DNA of 64,000 bases, taken from contig OZ024741.1 of NCBI GenBank assembly GCA_964016885.1, forward strand, positions 395,374,001 through 395,438,000. Reading direction: 5' to 3'. The stretch is from Eledone cirrhosa. Its lineage: Eukaryota. Within the stretch, counting starts at the first letter, position 1. Each line of letters opens with the position of its first letter. Under the pieces are notes generated by a model. It was not told where the DNA came from. It was given only the letters and a program-made list of their open reading frames with translations, and searched no databases. Below are positions 52,235 through 64,000 of this stretch, piece after piece. A program made the position numbers and the translations under genes.

Positions 52235-53549
52235 TTAATTCTTAAATGTTCAATATTCTGATCTGTGGAAATAATATCATCCTGGTTTTGGCATTCCTTC
52301 AGATGTTCTTGACAGAAAAAATATTTGTATACATATGTATGCACAGTTTAAGAATAGTACTTCTGACATAAGTTCCACCACATTACAAGCTATGTAGTAT
52401 ATACATAATGTAGATTCACAAACACAGGTCCACTCTATTGATAGGCAATTTAACCAATGCATATATGTTGTTATATTGAGAAGCTGTATTATTAAAGTGG
52501 CAATTTCAGAAAGCAAATGCTGTAACTATCAGTGCAGATATTCTTTGGGAGTATATTATCAGGTCTGTGTTTGGCAAAGTATGGTGAGTAGCTCTTATCC
52601 ACTAACATCATTTGGAATTGGTTCTATCACCTGTTTCACAGCATCTTAGATTAATGAGAAAGATTTCATTCTGTGCATAGGCAGCCTTCACTTTATTTGG
52701 CAGGAAGACTTCTTGTGGAAGTTAATTTAAATGGATCTTTTCTCTCCATCAGAGAGAGAAAGAGAGAGGGGAGAGAGAGATTTGGTGTTATTGTGATATT
52801 TCATTTCAAAGTTATGTGATATTTCATTTCAAAGTCTATGTTATTGAAATTACCATATATTTTGACAGCTTCCTTATAAGTAACCATAAAGATATGTATC
52901 TATACACCCGGAGAAGAAAGCACGGGAGTAGCATTCTAGCTAGTCCATATATGTGATATCTAATAAACTTGATAGATCTGACACCATAAGTAGTCCAAAT
53001 GTCTGTTTATATATGGAGTTACCAAATTGGAAGTAGATATTGTTTACAATAATAGTCAAGTTGTCTGAGAACATGAACTCAAAATAGTGGAAGTTACAAG
53101 AAGTGGTTGGCTATTAGGTTGACAGTTAATAGAGAAGATACACAGAGATATGTAAAGAGAAATGATGTCTAGGCTAAATATAGATCATTCGTATTTCAGA
53201 TGTGGTGGGGTTATGGCTACTGAATCTGATAATGGCATTATTAAAACTGTTGGCATATTCAGGAAAAATATGGAATATAGGTTTAAGGATTTGGGAAAGG
53301 AACCAAGATATTTTAAATATAGGTTCTTCTTTGATAGAGACAATGGGTTTAGTTTATAACTGGAATTTGGGTTTGTGTGTCTTAATAAGAAGGAAGAAGG
53401 TAGGAAGTTTGCTATTTCTACAGGGAAAATTTTATTTAATTTGATTTGGGAATCCTTGATTATGTCATTTATGTCATAGCTATGATACTGTGATTTTCAT
53501 GAAAATCTTGGAACAACATATTGGAAATTTAAGGCTTAAAGAGGCTTTC

Positions 53550-53720
53550 ATCGGTAGAGGGTCGGATGCCATGCTTTGCAGCAAAGAATTACGGCCCTTT
53601 ATGGTCTGAGTTCAAACTCCGCCGAGGTTAACTTTGCCTTTCATCCTTACAGGGTCGATAAAATAAAGTACCAGTAATACACTGGGATAATTGCTGGCCT
53701 TGTGCCAAAAGTAGAAACAA
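53550..53720 (+). mobile_element. SINE family 2, 5'-truncated
   Basis: Matches 44178-44344. Confidence 0.9.
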
Positions 53721-54339
53721 TTATTAACAAAATCAATCTTTACATTAACAACAGACAAAAAATACAACAGCAATTGACTAATATAACATGACAAATCTGT
53801 ATACATCACATCCCCTTTCCCCAAATATCTATATAGAACATATCTAAGCCTATCCTCCAATTTTCTCTTGATAATGATTTTGAATTGGAAATATGAAATA
53901 TTAAGTAAAAGTGTAAACCATTGATTATGTTTTCTCTTTGTTTTCATACCTTTATTTCCATCTGACACTGAAATGGTTTTATAAAACTATTTAATTCTAT
54001 CTCACAATGCTTTACATAAACTACACTGCTCCAATATTGGAAACAATATTTTAGTCAAAAGTACAATAATAAAATCCTAAAATATTCAAGATGAAAACTG
54101 TAATTTATATATAGAAACGTTTTATATATAGAAACTTTTTAAATATAGAAACTGTTGTTACAAATGCTTTTAAAAAATATATTAAATTTCAAATTTAACA
54201 AGAAAATATGCACATCAAAAACTTATTTTAAAACTAAATTCAAATTTAAGAAAACATATAATGGTGGCAACCAAATTATTGTGAAGATGATTTTGAGTAT
54301 CATCAAACATTAATATAGATTATTTTAAAGCCCCTAATG

Positions 54340-55459
54340 TGATGATGATGATGATAATGATGATGATTCTCTTCCTCCCACTTATTCCTGAGAAGGTCAT
54401 GGGGGCAGAACCCTCAAACACTCCTAGCATGTCTTTTCAGAGGCAACCATCTCCAACCGATCCAGCTGGATCTCCAAGCAAGACCAGCCAAGGTCATAGG
54501 TGTTATCCAACCATCTTGCTAGGTCTCCTGCCAGTTGGTTTTGTGGCTCTGCCTGGAGTGACTCTCTGATCTCCGAGCTATGCACCTTATCGAGTGACAT
54601 TACTCCAAAGACCCTTTGGAGGAACCCCATTTCAGCCGCTTGTATTCACAATCATATTGTTTCGCTTATTACCCAAGATTCACGACTATAGGTAAGGGTT
54701 GGTATGAATACTGAACTGAAGATAGTGAATTTGGCTTTTACACCTACCTCCCTTCTTCTGATTACTGAAGCTCGCACATTATTGCACCAACTCCAGCAAT
54801 TCTTGCACTTAATTCAACCTCCTGCCTCCCATCACTTGTGGACATGGCACCAAGGTACTTAAACTTCTCTACCTGCTTCAGTGGAACTCCATTCACAAGA
54901 AGAATGCATTGTGCAGGCTTCCTTGAAAGGATGAGTGTCTGTTTTCACAGCATTGATTTTCATTCCAGCCATGCAGCACTCGACATGAAATCTATCAAGT
55001 GCAAGTTGTAATTCCATGTCATCTGCAAATTGCATCCAACTGATTTTACATCCATCAGTCATGATACTACTTCTAACCCAGTTGTGCATGTCAATCCTGT
55101 TCATGAAAATAATGACTAGGAGAGGTAACAGTACACATCCTTCGTGGAGTGCGATTCTCACATTCAATGGTTTCAATTTAGCACCATTTATCTGAACACA
55201 AATTAATCCTATACTCCTACACAACCTTCCACAGCAGGTCCTAAGGAATGTGACCATATGCCTTTTCGAGGTCTACAAAACAAGAATATACTTCCTGGCA
55301 ATACTTTCACGATTTCTCGAAGACCTGCCGCAGTGTAAATATTTGGTTATCTGTGCTGCATCCAGGATAAAAACTGCACTGTTTATCAGCTAGCTTGGAT
55401 CCAACAATCTCCCTACATCTCTTTGCCAGACACTTAGCATAGACTTAACCAGGGGCGCT
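54340..55459 (-). mobile_element. RTE (Expander/Rex3-like) 3' half
   Basis: Minus strand: SAPG*VYAK..QIFTLRQVFEK..CFVDLEKAY..EGCVLLP..QFADD..KYL..; (ATC)n tail. Confidence 0.88.
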
Positions 55460-55460
55460 T

Positions 55461-57320
55461 AAAAAAGCCTAATCTTCGCGGGTTTGAGAAAGCACCAGAT
55501 TGGTGACTGGTTTGAATAAGACCACCAAAACAGCAACTGCAATATGGTGAGAGGAAGAAAAAGAACCATACAAGCATCATCCTTCATATAGGTTAACAAG
55601 GGATGCATTCAGGCTTTAGATAGAGGGGCCTGTTCGAAAAATATAATGAAGTCTCCATTTGATGCTGCAAAAACTGGCAATTGGCCTTCGACCTGTCCTG
55701 GGAGGCGTGGGATGGACGCATAAAGATTGTGTATCCCAAGACTCCAAAGATGGTTTGAATGGAGCAAACCTGGACAATTGGAACCTGGAACATCACAAGC
55801 GTTACAGGAAAGGAGCAGGAACTAATAGAAAAGGCTAGATACTACCGGCTAGATATAGTCAGGGTTTCCTCAACAAAGTTCCAAGGCTCTGATACTGTAG
55901 ATTTGGATGGAGGATGGAAATTCGACTATTCAGGTGTGGCACTAGAAATAACTGCACAAGCAGAAGTGGGGATACTCACAAGCCCCAGCTGTCAGAATGT
56001 GTTATGGACTGGATCCTGTTAGGAGGGAGGATTTGCCTCTTGAAACTTAGGCAGAAAGATAGGTCTCTGTGGGTGGTTCGAGTTTATGCACCAAACAAGG
56101 AGTCTGAATACAGATCCTTCCTTGATGAAGTCACTACAGTGTTAGATGTAGTTAAGACTGAGTCATATATCCTGATAGGAGACCTCAATGCACATGTTGG
56201 CCCTGACCCCCTGATATGGAAAGGTATAATTGGAGAAACAACAACCCTGATCTAAATATGAATGGCAAGGCCTTTTTAGACTTCTGTTCTAGCAATGGAC
56301 TTTCTAATATGAACACCTTCTTCCAGCACAGAGACATCCATAAATATACATAGTATAAGGGGAATCAGGACAGAGATCAATAATTAATTTTGTAACTGTC
56401 TCAGATCTCTTTGATTCTGTACTGGATGTTCGTGTTAAGAGAGGGGCTGAGCTGTCAACTGACCACCATCTAGTTATCTGTAACTTGAGACTACCTGAAG
56501 TCAAAGAAGCCCACAAAACTGGCAGGTCCAGGGCGAGCTACAAGATAAAGTAGGAAGCTTTGGTGGATAAGGAAGTCAGGACCAGTTATACAGACACAAT
56601 TGCATCCATATTCAAAGAACTCCCAGAGCAAACTGAGGATGTTGAGACAGAGTGGAGATTGTTCAGCTCAGTGGTTTCTGCTTCAACTGTTAAATGCTGC
56701 AGGCAAAAGGGGCTTGGTGTGATGCTGGATGGCTGGAGGATACCTTGGTTAAAGATGCCATCCGAGCAAAGAAGGAGGCCTACAAAGCTTGGCTTGGAAA
56801 TAAGTCCTCCTTCCTGTACTTGTGGTACAAGCAGCCACAAAGAATCATAGCAGAGATAGTACAGGCGTCCAAAGTTAAGTCATGGGAGAACTTTGGGGTT
56901 AAGCTGGAATCCGACTTCAGATCAACAAATAAAGTGTTCTGGCAGACCATCCGCCGACTTCACAATGAGAAGTCCTCCTCCACACCTGCTATCAGGAATA
57001 CATATTGGGTTCTCCTCTCTTCAGAAAGGTGCATCCTTGCGAGGTGGAAAGAATACTTTGCTGATCTCCTAAACCTCGGAGGCTGAGGTCACAAGAGCAA
57101 TTAAAGAGCTTAAATGTGGCAAGGTTGCTGGGGAAGATGAAATCCAGCCCAAGATGTTATAAGCGTTAAATAGAGAAGGCATTCTCTGGCTGACTCATGT
57201 GTGTTGGGTGGCCTGTGTTTTTGGAAAGGCACCTAAGCAATGGTAATCGGGAGTGATAATCCCAGATTTCAAAACGGGAGACAGAGACTGTTCCAATTAC
57301 ATAGGGATTTCTCTAATTAG
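55461..57320 (+). mobile_element. Same RTE, 5' half, inverted
   Basis: IGTWNITSV (55759-), VYAPN, GDLNAHVG, STDHHLV, ARWKEYF, GKVAGEDEI..SNYIGISLI, ending at 57320. Confidence 0.88.
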
Positions 57321-57988
57321 ATAAATATGATAAAAAATACTTAAGAAAAAATAAGTTCAAAATGTTTGAGATGAGTTGATGTTAATAAGATTATAATTGT
57401 TTGGACTATTTTTTTTGAGATGAAAGGTTTCTTTTTTTTTTTATTTATATTAAGTTTCAAAATGCAGTGTACATGTAATATAAAAACAAATTCTTTTCTA
57501 AAAATGAAACATAGTCTAAAAAATTATAATCTTGCAAAAATTGTCAGAAGGAAGAATAATATTAAGATTATATTGAATAATATGGGTTTATATGTAGGTA
57601 TATAGGTTATGTTTATATACAATAAACATACAAGAACCTTGCTTTGAATGTTTTAAGATGTGATCATGTCACAGCTTAAAAAGAGACTTTTTTATGTTTA
57701 TTGTACACAAACATAACATATATGCGTCCCTCATATAAACGTCTATTATAAACCACGCTATGTTAGTACTATGACTAATTAAGATTCCAATTGTATTTAT
57801 TAAACTAAAAATGAATATAGAAATGTAACAAAGACAAGAAAATAAAAATGTCATCTTGTCATCCTATCCTGAAATATGAACCGTATAATCAATTCAGGAT
57901 TAATTACAAACTAGTATGAAATAAATAAATCAAAATAAATAACATATTTAAAGTTCAGTGAATATTTACAAAAACAGAGATTACTCAC

Positions 57989-58060
57989 AGTTAAACTGTC
58001 TTCATCAAATATTTCTGGATGGGTTTTATGAAGTGCTATCCGGCGAGCTTTCACATAATA
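57989..58060 (-). CDS. GYS: Glycogen synthase, penultimate coding exon (72 nt)
   Basis: ttttcccag|TATTAT...TTAACT|gtgagt = YYVKARRIALHKTHPEIFDEDSLT; phase 0 on both sides, joins in frame to 51446; resembles GYS YYxxARxxALxKxxPExF. Confidence 0.9.
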
Positions 58061-58207
58061 CTGGGAAAACAAGGAATTAAATTCATATTAGAAATAATGT
58101 TTAAAAAATCTCCCAAACCACAAAGACTAGATTAAATATATGATATATATACACACATATATATGTATATGTATGTAAGTGTGTGTGTAAGTATGTATAT
58201 ATATATA

Positions 58208-58373
58208 TCGTATTTCCCGGCACCGAAGACGCTTTGTCCTCGAGGATGCACCCTAATTTTAACAACCAAAAATTTTGAAAAAAAATAATAGAGGACGCAT
58301 GGTAGATCTTTGAGACTTATATTAGTAAAAATATAGAGTAAAAATATAGCGTCTTTGACGCCAGGAAATACAG
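58208..58373. mobile_element. Tc2/pogo-like MITE
   Basis: Imperfect TIRs CGTATTTCCCGGCACCGAAGACGC / GCGTCTTTGACGCCAGGAAATACA in a TA context. Confidence 0.7.
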
Positions 58374-58391
58374 TGTATGTATATATATATA

Positions 58392-58996
58392 CAACTTCTC
58401 TACGGTGAACTGTGTGACGGAAGGTGACCACCACACAAACCAAAGATGCAGTACCAGGGCTGTGTCAGGGGTATCTTGGCTTGAGCTAGAATTTTATCTG
58501 ACGAATGGTAGAAAATGGCTGAGAAGCGTGTGAAGTGGAGACATTTGATCAAGTCAGGGAGTGATCATTTTGAAACTCGTCGAAAGGAACACCAAATACT
58601 GAAAAGGAAGGTGAAGAAAAAGGGACTGTTCTGAACTGCCTGCTGTTGGGTAACATCTGGTTTGCCAGCCCTGTGGTCGAGTCTGCCTGAGCAAAGCTGG
58701 TCTGATAAGACATGAACAAAGTCATATCAGTAGACCTTGTATAGATTATGAACAGCATGATCTGAAATGGTGTAGGGAATGTGGCAAGGAATGTGCAAGC
58801 ATGGGAGGTCTTAAAAGACATATGAGAATACACAGTCAGAACCAAGCAGTGGAAAGTCCCAGAGGAGTCTATAGTTGCCATGTATGTGCCAGAGGGTGCA
58901 AGTCTTTGGTTGGTTTGAAAAGCCACATTCATGCCTCACATTTTTGAGCATTTTATCAGGTGATGCCAATGCTTGAACATAAGTTTGTAGCCATCA
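58392..58996 (+). mobile_element. RTE 3' end with C-terminal C2H2 zinc fingers, decayed
   Basis: CRECGKECASMGGLKRHMRIH and CHVCARGCKSLVGLKSHIHASH; related to 62490-62990. Confidence 0.75.
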
Positions 58997-59084
58997 CACA
59001 TCATCATCATCATCGTTTAACGTCCATCTTCCACGCTAGCATGGTATATATATATAATTGTGTATGAGTGTATATATATATATA

Positions 59085-59670
59085 TGTTGGATTTATGCCA
59101 GGTAGGGGTACTACCAATACCATTTTTCTGGTGAAGAACTAAAGGATAGGTATTTAAGCCAATGTATCTAACATTTGTAATCTGGAGAAGGCTTTTGACA
59201 GGATCCCACACTCTATAATCTAATGGGTATTTAGGAAGCAAAGTGAAGACAAATGGCTTGTGAGGGCTGAGCAGGTCATATATAGAGGAGCAACCAGCAG
59301 AGTGGGAATTGGCAATGAGTACAGTGATGAATTTAATATGCCGGTGAGGGTCCACCAGGGATCAGTCCTGACCCCACTCCCGTTTATCATTGTCCTTCAG
59401 GCCATCACTGAGGAGTTTAACCTGGCACTCCATAGGAACTCTTATATGCTGACGACCTAGTCCTCATAGCATAATCAAACAGAAAAACTTGGCATAAGAG
59501 TAACTGTATATAGTGTGCAAGTGAGAAGACTATGATTGTATGGACATGTGATGTGCATGAAAGATAACAGCTGCATAAAGAAATGCAGAGAAACCCCAAT
59601 GGCTGGGACCAGTGGAAGAAGCAGAGGAAGAATGGGATGAGGTTGTGAAGATTGACCTTAAAAAGCTAAA
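59085..59670 (+). mobile_element. Old, internally deleted RTE fragment
   Basis: LEKAFDRIP, VHQGSVLTPLPFIIVLQAITEEF, LLYADDL, YGHV. Confidence 0.8.
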
Positions 59671-59679
59671 CTTCTGTCC

Positions 59680-61985
59680 CTACTGGAGAAGGGGCATAAA
59701 CGGGCCCTGACACCTTCAAACTAGTGCTCTGGGTAGATGGTACCCGTCAGCCTAGGAGGGAAATCCATCTAAGAAAAGGCAAACGCTGAACTTAAATCTA
59801 CACTGCCTTGCAGCTGTACCCACTTATGGAAAAGGCTTCGGGAGTAAAGCTCAAGGATAAATCCAGAGCCGGAGTCCCTAAGACAGTTCACTGTTATATC
59901 CAACCTCGTTCTGACAACTCCTGCGGCCCCACCGATGCCAAGTTGTACTGGCCTCTGCTCTTCCCTTGGACAACATGGTGGTGTGGAGAGGGTAGACATG
60001 CTGCATGGGCAACTGCCGATCTCCCATAAAACCATGGCCAGGCCTGCACGCTGGAGAGGTCACTCCAGCGTCAGCAAAACACAGAAAGCAGCAATCTATA
60101 GGTTATAAATCTGCACATGATTGGCATATGAGCAAGGCACCAGGAGCTACAATGAATGTTGATTGGATGTTGGAATATATGCACCATGACTACTGGTCTG
60201 CCAGATGATCAGCGACAGCTGCAAAACAGCAGTTATTAAATTGCTACAAATTCGAGTGGACATTGCAATGCTCCATAAGACACAGCTCCCAGATCTGGGG
60301 ACCCTTCGTGTGACAGAATATACCTTTTTCTGGCAGGGGAAAGGCATAAATAAAGCCAGAGAGCATGTGTCGGCTTTGCCGTGAGGAACTCACTGTTGAA
60401 TATGGAGGAACTCGGTAGCAACGGCTCGGAACAGATCCTCTCACTCTGATTGTACACTTCAGATGGGCCTGTCAACCATGTCAGTGCTTATGTACCAACC
60501 CTCTATTCCACACAAGACGACAAGGATAAGTTTTATCATCAGAAAAATACAGATGATCCCAAATGGTGAACAGTTGGTGCTACTTGGCAACTTCAATGCG
60601 AGAGTGGGAGCCGACCACAACTCCTGGACAGGGTGTCTCAGATGACATGGGGTTGGTAACACGAATACCAATCGGCAATGACTGCTTCAGCTCTGTATGC
60701 CCCATAGACTATGTGTCACCAACACCTACCTCAAGGCCAAAGTTCAGCTAGATCTGATCCTCACAAGACAGAACCACCTGAGAAACGTACTCCTGATTCA
60801 GACCTTTCACAGCGCTGACTATGACACAGATCGCTCCCTGGTTTGCTGCAATCTCAAACTCCAACCAAAAATGATGCACTACGTCAAGCCTCCAGGCAGA
60901 CAACATATCAATGCTACTGCAACTCAGCAGCTGGCCAAAGAGCTGCATTCCTCAAGTCACTAGAAGACACCCGCCTTGCAGATCCACGAGAAGGTGATGT
61001 TCAGCAAAGATGAGATTCTCTCAGAGGCACTATCCATGACACTGCATTGAAGACCTTTGGGAGGAAAGGAAGAATGAGACATGATTGGTTTGAGGCAAAT
61101 GCAGATGAGTTGAATGCGACTATTGAGGAGAAGTGCGCTGCCCTATTGAAGCACAAACACCAATTTCCCAGGGCAATGCTATGAGCATTGAGATCAACCA
61201 GGACCAAGATGCAAAAGATTGCGAGACACTGTGAAAATGACTACTGGTTACAGCTATGTGAAGGCATCCAGCTGTCATTTGATACCATTCGGGGAATGTA
61301 TGAGGGCATCAAGAAAGCCATCAGCCCAACCCAGAGAAGGCAAAAAAGAGCAGTTGGAGAGATGGGTGGAATATTACTCCAAACTATACGGCAAGGAAAA
61401 CAGTTTCTCGGACAACCCGCTAGACACAGTCGAACACCTACCCATCATGGAGGGGCTAGATGCATTGCCAACTGTTGAAGAACTGTGTAGAGCCATTGAT
61501 GGCTTACCTGCTGGGAAGTCTCTAGGATCTGATGGCATCCTCCCAAAGGTCATCAGGCGTGCAAAGGGAGTCCTACTTAGCCACTTGTTGAAAGTACTAT
61601 GTCAATGCTGGGAAGAAGGAACAGTCCTGGAAGACATGAGGGACTGTAACATTGTTACCCTCTATAAGAGTAAAGGGGACAGAAGCGATTGCAATAGGTA
61701 CTGGGGCATCTCGCTCCTAAGTATTGTTGGGAAGGTCTTTGCCTGCATGGTCTTGAACAGACTACAGAAAATCACTGAGCGGGTATACCCCAAATCTCGG
61801 TGTAGTTTCAGGTCAGAACACTCCACCATTGACATGATCTTCTCTCTTCGACAGCTACAGGAGAAGTGCCAAGTGCAATGGCAACCAATTTACATCACCT
61901 TCAACCTCACAAAGGCATTCGATCTAGTTAGTAGAGACAGCCTGTTCAAGATCCTTGCCAGGATTGGTAGTCCTCCAAGACTTTT
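59680..61985 (+). mobile_element. RTE (BovB-like lineage) 5' part, decayed
   Basis: 5'UTR, APE remnants (CWNICTM, LGNFNARVG, DTDRSLV), RT to TIDMIFSLRQLQEKC..LTKAFDLVSR (61219-61985). Confidence 0.85.
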
Positions 61986-62137
61986 TGGAATAGCACCGGA
62001 GGAGAGCATCTACAAATGTTAACACTGTATACAGGACTGCCACTCCCACATGCCCCTGCAGCGCCATCAGCAGCTGACACAAAATTCTCCAGGCACAGAT
62101 CCATGGTTTTTGAGACTGACGGATACCAATAATAATA

Positions 62138-62302
62138 ATTGTTTCTACTTTTGGCACAAGGCCAGCAATTATCCAGTATATTACTGATACTTTATTTTAT
62201 CGAGCAAAATTAACCTCGGCGGGATTTGAACTCAGAATGTCAAGGGCCATAACTCTATGCATCAAAGCATGGCGTCCGACCCTCTACCGATACTGCCAAC
62301 CC
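62138..62302 (-). mobile_element. SINE family 2
   Basis: Reverse complement of 44170-44344 with an internal deletion. Confidence 0.85.
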
Positions 62303-62443
62303 AATAATGATAATATATCATCAACACCATTTACCATCCATCTTTCCAACTAAAGTTTGGAAGAAACAATTGTCAGCGATTAAATGATTTGAACATAACT
62401 TTGATATTTGTGTAATTTACATATATATATATATACATATATA

Positions 62444-64000
62444 TGATGGCTGCAAACTCTGCCAAGAGTTTTGCAATCATTTGTCAGATTCAGATGTGTG
62501 ACGCTCGAATATGGCTTTTCAAGCCTGCTAGAGACTTGCACTCCTTCGCACACTGACAACAACTATGGATCTCCCTGGCTTGAGGTCCTGCATCAGGTTG
62601 CCCGTGAACCCTCACAACACCATGGAGATCATAGTTCACTGGTTCTCTTTGAACATGGCTGCGACTGTGGCTCCTGAGACTAGATTTGCTCAAGCAAATC
62701 TTTCCACACTCAGGGAACTTCAATTCAATGGAGACACCGATTGTTATGAGAGATACACCAGGGCATTGCTTACGCACATCCCGTTTGATCTTCTCATGCT
62801 CTATGCGTCTGTCCTCAAAATTATGGACCCCATCATTCACCAGTCCACACCAAGTTTCTCTTTCAAGAGCTTCTATCTCCCAGTCAGCCATCATCAAACC
62901 AGTTTTTTTCAATGAATCCTTTACAAAATCCTTGAATCGGAGCCTTGGCTTGTGAAGTGGTCTCTTACCCTCACAAAGCTCGCCATACAAGAGTTGTTTT
63001 GGGATTCAATCATCCTCCATTCTGCAGAGGTGTTCGGTCCATCGCGAACGCCGTTGGTGGATGATAATTTCAATGCTCCGACACTCACTTCTCTCAAGGA
63101 CCTCAACATCACTCACATGCATCTGCCACTTGATACTGGGCATCTTTCTGAGACACTGCTGGTGAAAACGTTCCAGTCTGTGGATATGCCGTTTGTAGGC
63201 AACCCATGTCTCACATGCATACAGCAAAGCTGACAGTACACATGCAGCACACACTCTCACCTTAGTCCTCATTGTGATTCCTCGCCTGCACCAAAGTCGG
63301 TCGTTGAGCCTTCAAAATGACTCGCTTGCCTTACTAACACGTAGACTAACTTCTGCATCCAGAGAGCAGGCCACACTCAGAGTACTCCCCAAATACACAA
63401 ATGTGTCAGCAGCCTTCAGCTTTTGACTGTATACGTACATGGAGAGTTCATTGAAAACTTTATCCGGAGCAGGTTGGTAGATGACGTCAGTCTTCTTCAG
63501 ACTGATTGTCAGTCCCAAAGCACTGCACACATTGGAAAAAGAATCCATAAGGTGTTGCATGTCACTCTGTGAGTGTGCAAAAAGATCACAATCATCTGCA
63601 TATAAAAATACTCTGATCAAAGTACTCAGTACCTTAGTGTTGGCAGTGAGACACCTAAGGTTAAACAGCTTGCCGGAAGTGTGATATCAGAGATGGATAC
63701 CGTGTTGACAACCCCTGAAGGCCATGAAGAACACCATTGCGAAATACAAGGCAAACAAAGTTGGTGCAGGTATATCACCCTGCTTGACATCATTTTCAAC
63801 CAAGATTGGCTCAGACAGTTTACCTCCAACATCCACCCATCACTGCATGTCATCGTGGAAGAGTTTCAGAATGTTCACAAACTTTTCAGGACAGCCCAAT
63901 CTCTCCAAAATAACCCACAAAGCCTTCCAATTAACGGTGTCAAATGCCTTGGTCAGATCAACAAAAACTTGGTATAAGTCCATGCACTGCTCAATGCATT
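62444..64000 (-). mobile_element. RTE 3' half with C2H2 fingers (continues past window end)
   Basis: FVDLTKAFD, VKQG, FLYADD, FVYLGS, LLYACETW, PRLRFKD, CGKICLSKSSLRSHSRSH, CCQCAKECKSLAGLKSHIRASH. Confidence 0.9.

Noticed and set aside
59680-64000. Plus-strand RTE 5' part and minus-strand RTE 3' part as one inverted element
   Set aside because: They overlap in the LTKAFD region with clearly different sequences, so they are separate families

Overview
Eukaryotic, repeat-dense genomic DNA. The (TA)n arrays, RTE LINEs with (GAT)n tails and SINE types suggest a coleoid cephalopod such as octopus; this is an inference. The only host gene recognised is glycogen synthase, whose last two coding exons lie on the minus strand (57989-58060 and 51270-51446). 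Most of the rest is nested mobile DNA: several RTE-clade LINE families (two with a PHD finger inside the RT), two CR1-like LINE fragments, two tRNA-derived SINE families, a decayed Ty3/gypsy LTR element, a Chapaev3-type transposon, a maT (DD37D) fragment, MITEs, and Penelope-like remnants. At least eight hammerhead-ribozyme motifs occur, several tied to Penelope-like remnants. Best leads: (1) the LTR element has no tRNA primer site, and the 19 nt after its 5' LTR are complementary to its own LTR (possible self-priming); (2) varied hammerheads, including one with a ~115-nt stem II, U3-A8 core variants and two head-to-head inverted pairs; (3) an RTE with twin-priming inversion geometry; (4) tail swapping among SINEs and LINEs; (5) fold-back palindromes at LINE/(TA)n junctions. 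The Ile/Tyr-rich ORFs in the track are microsatellite artefacts.
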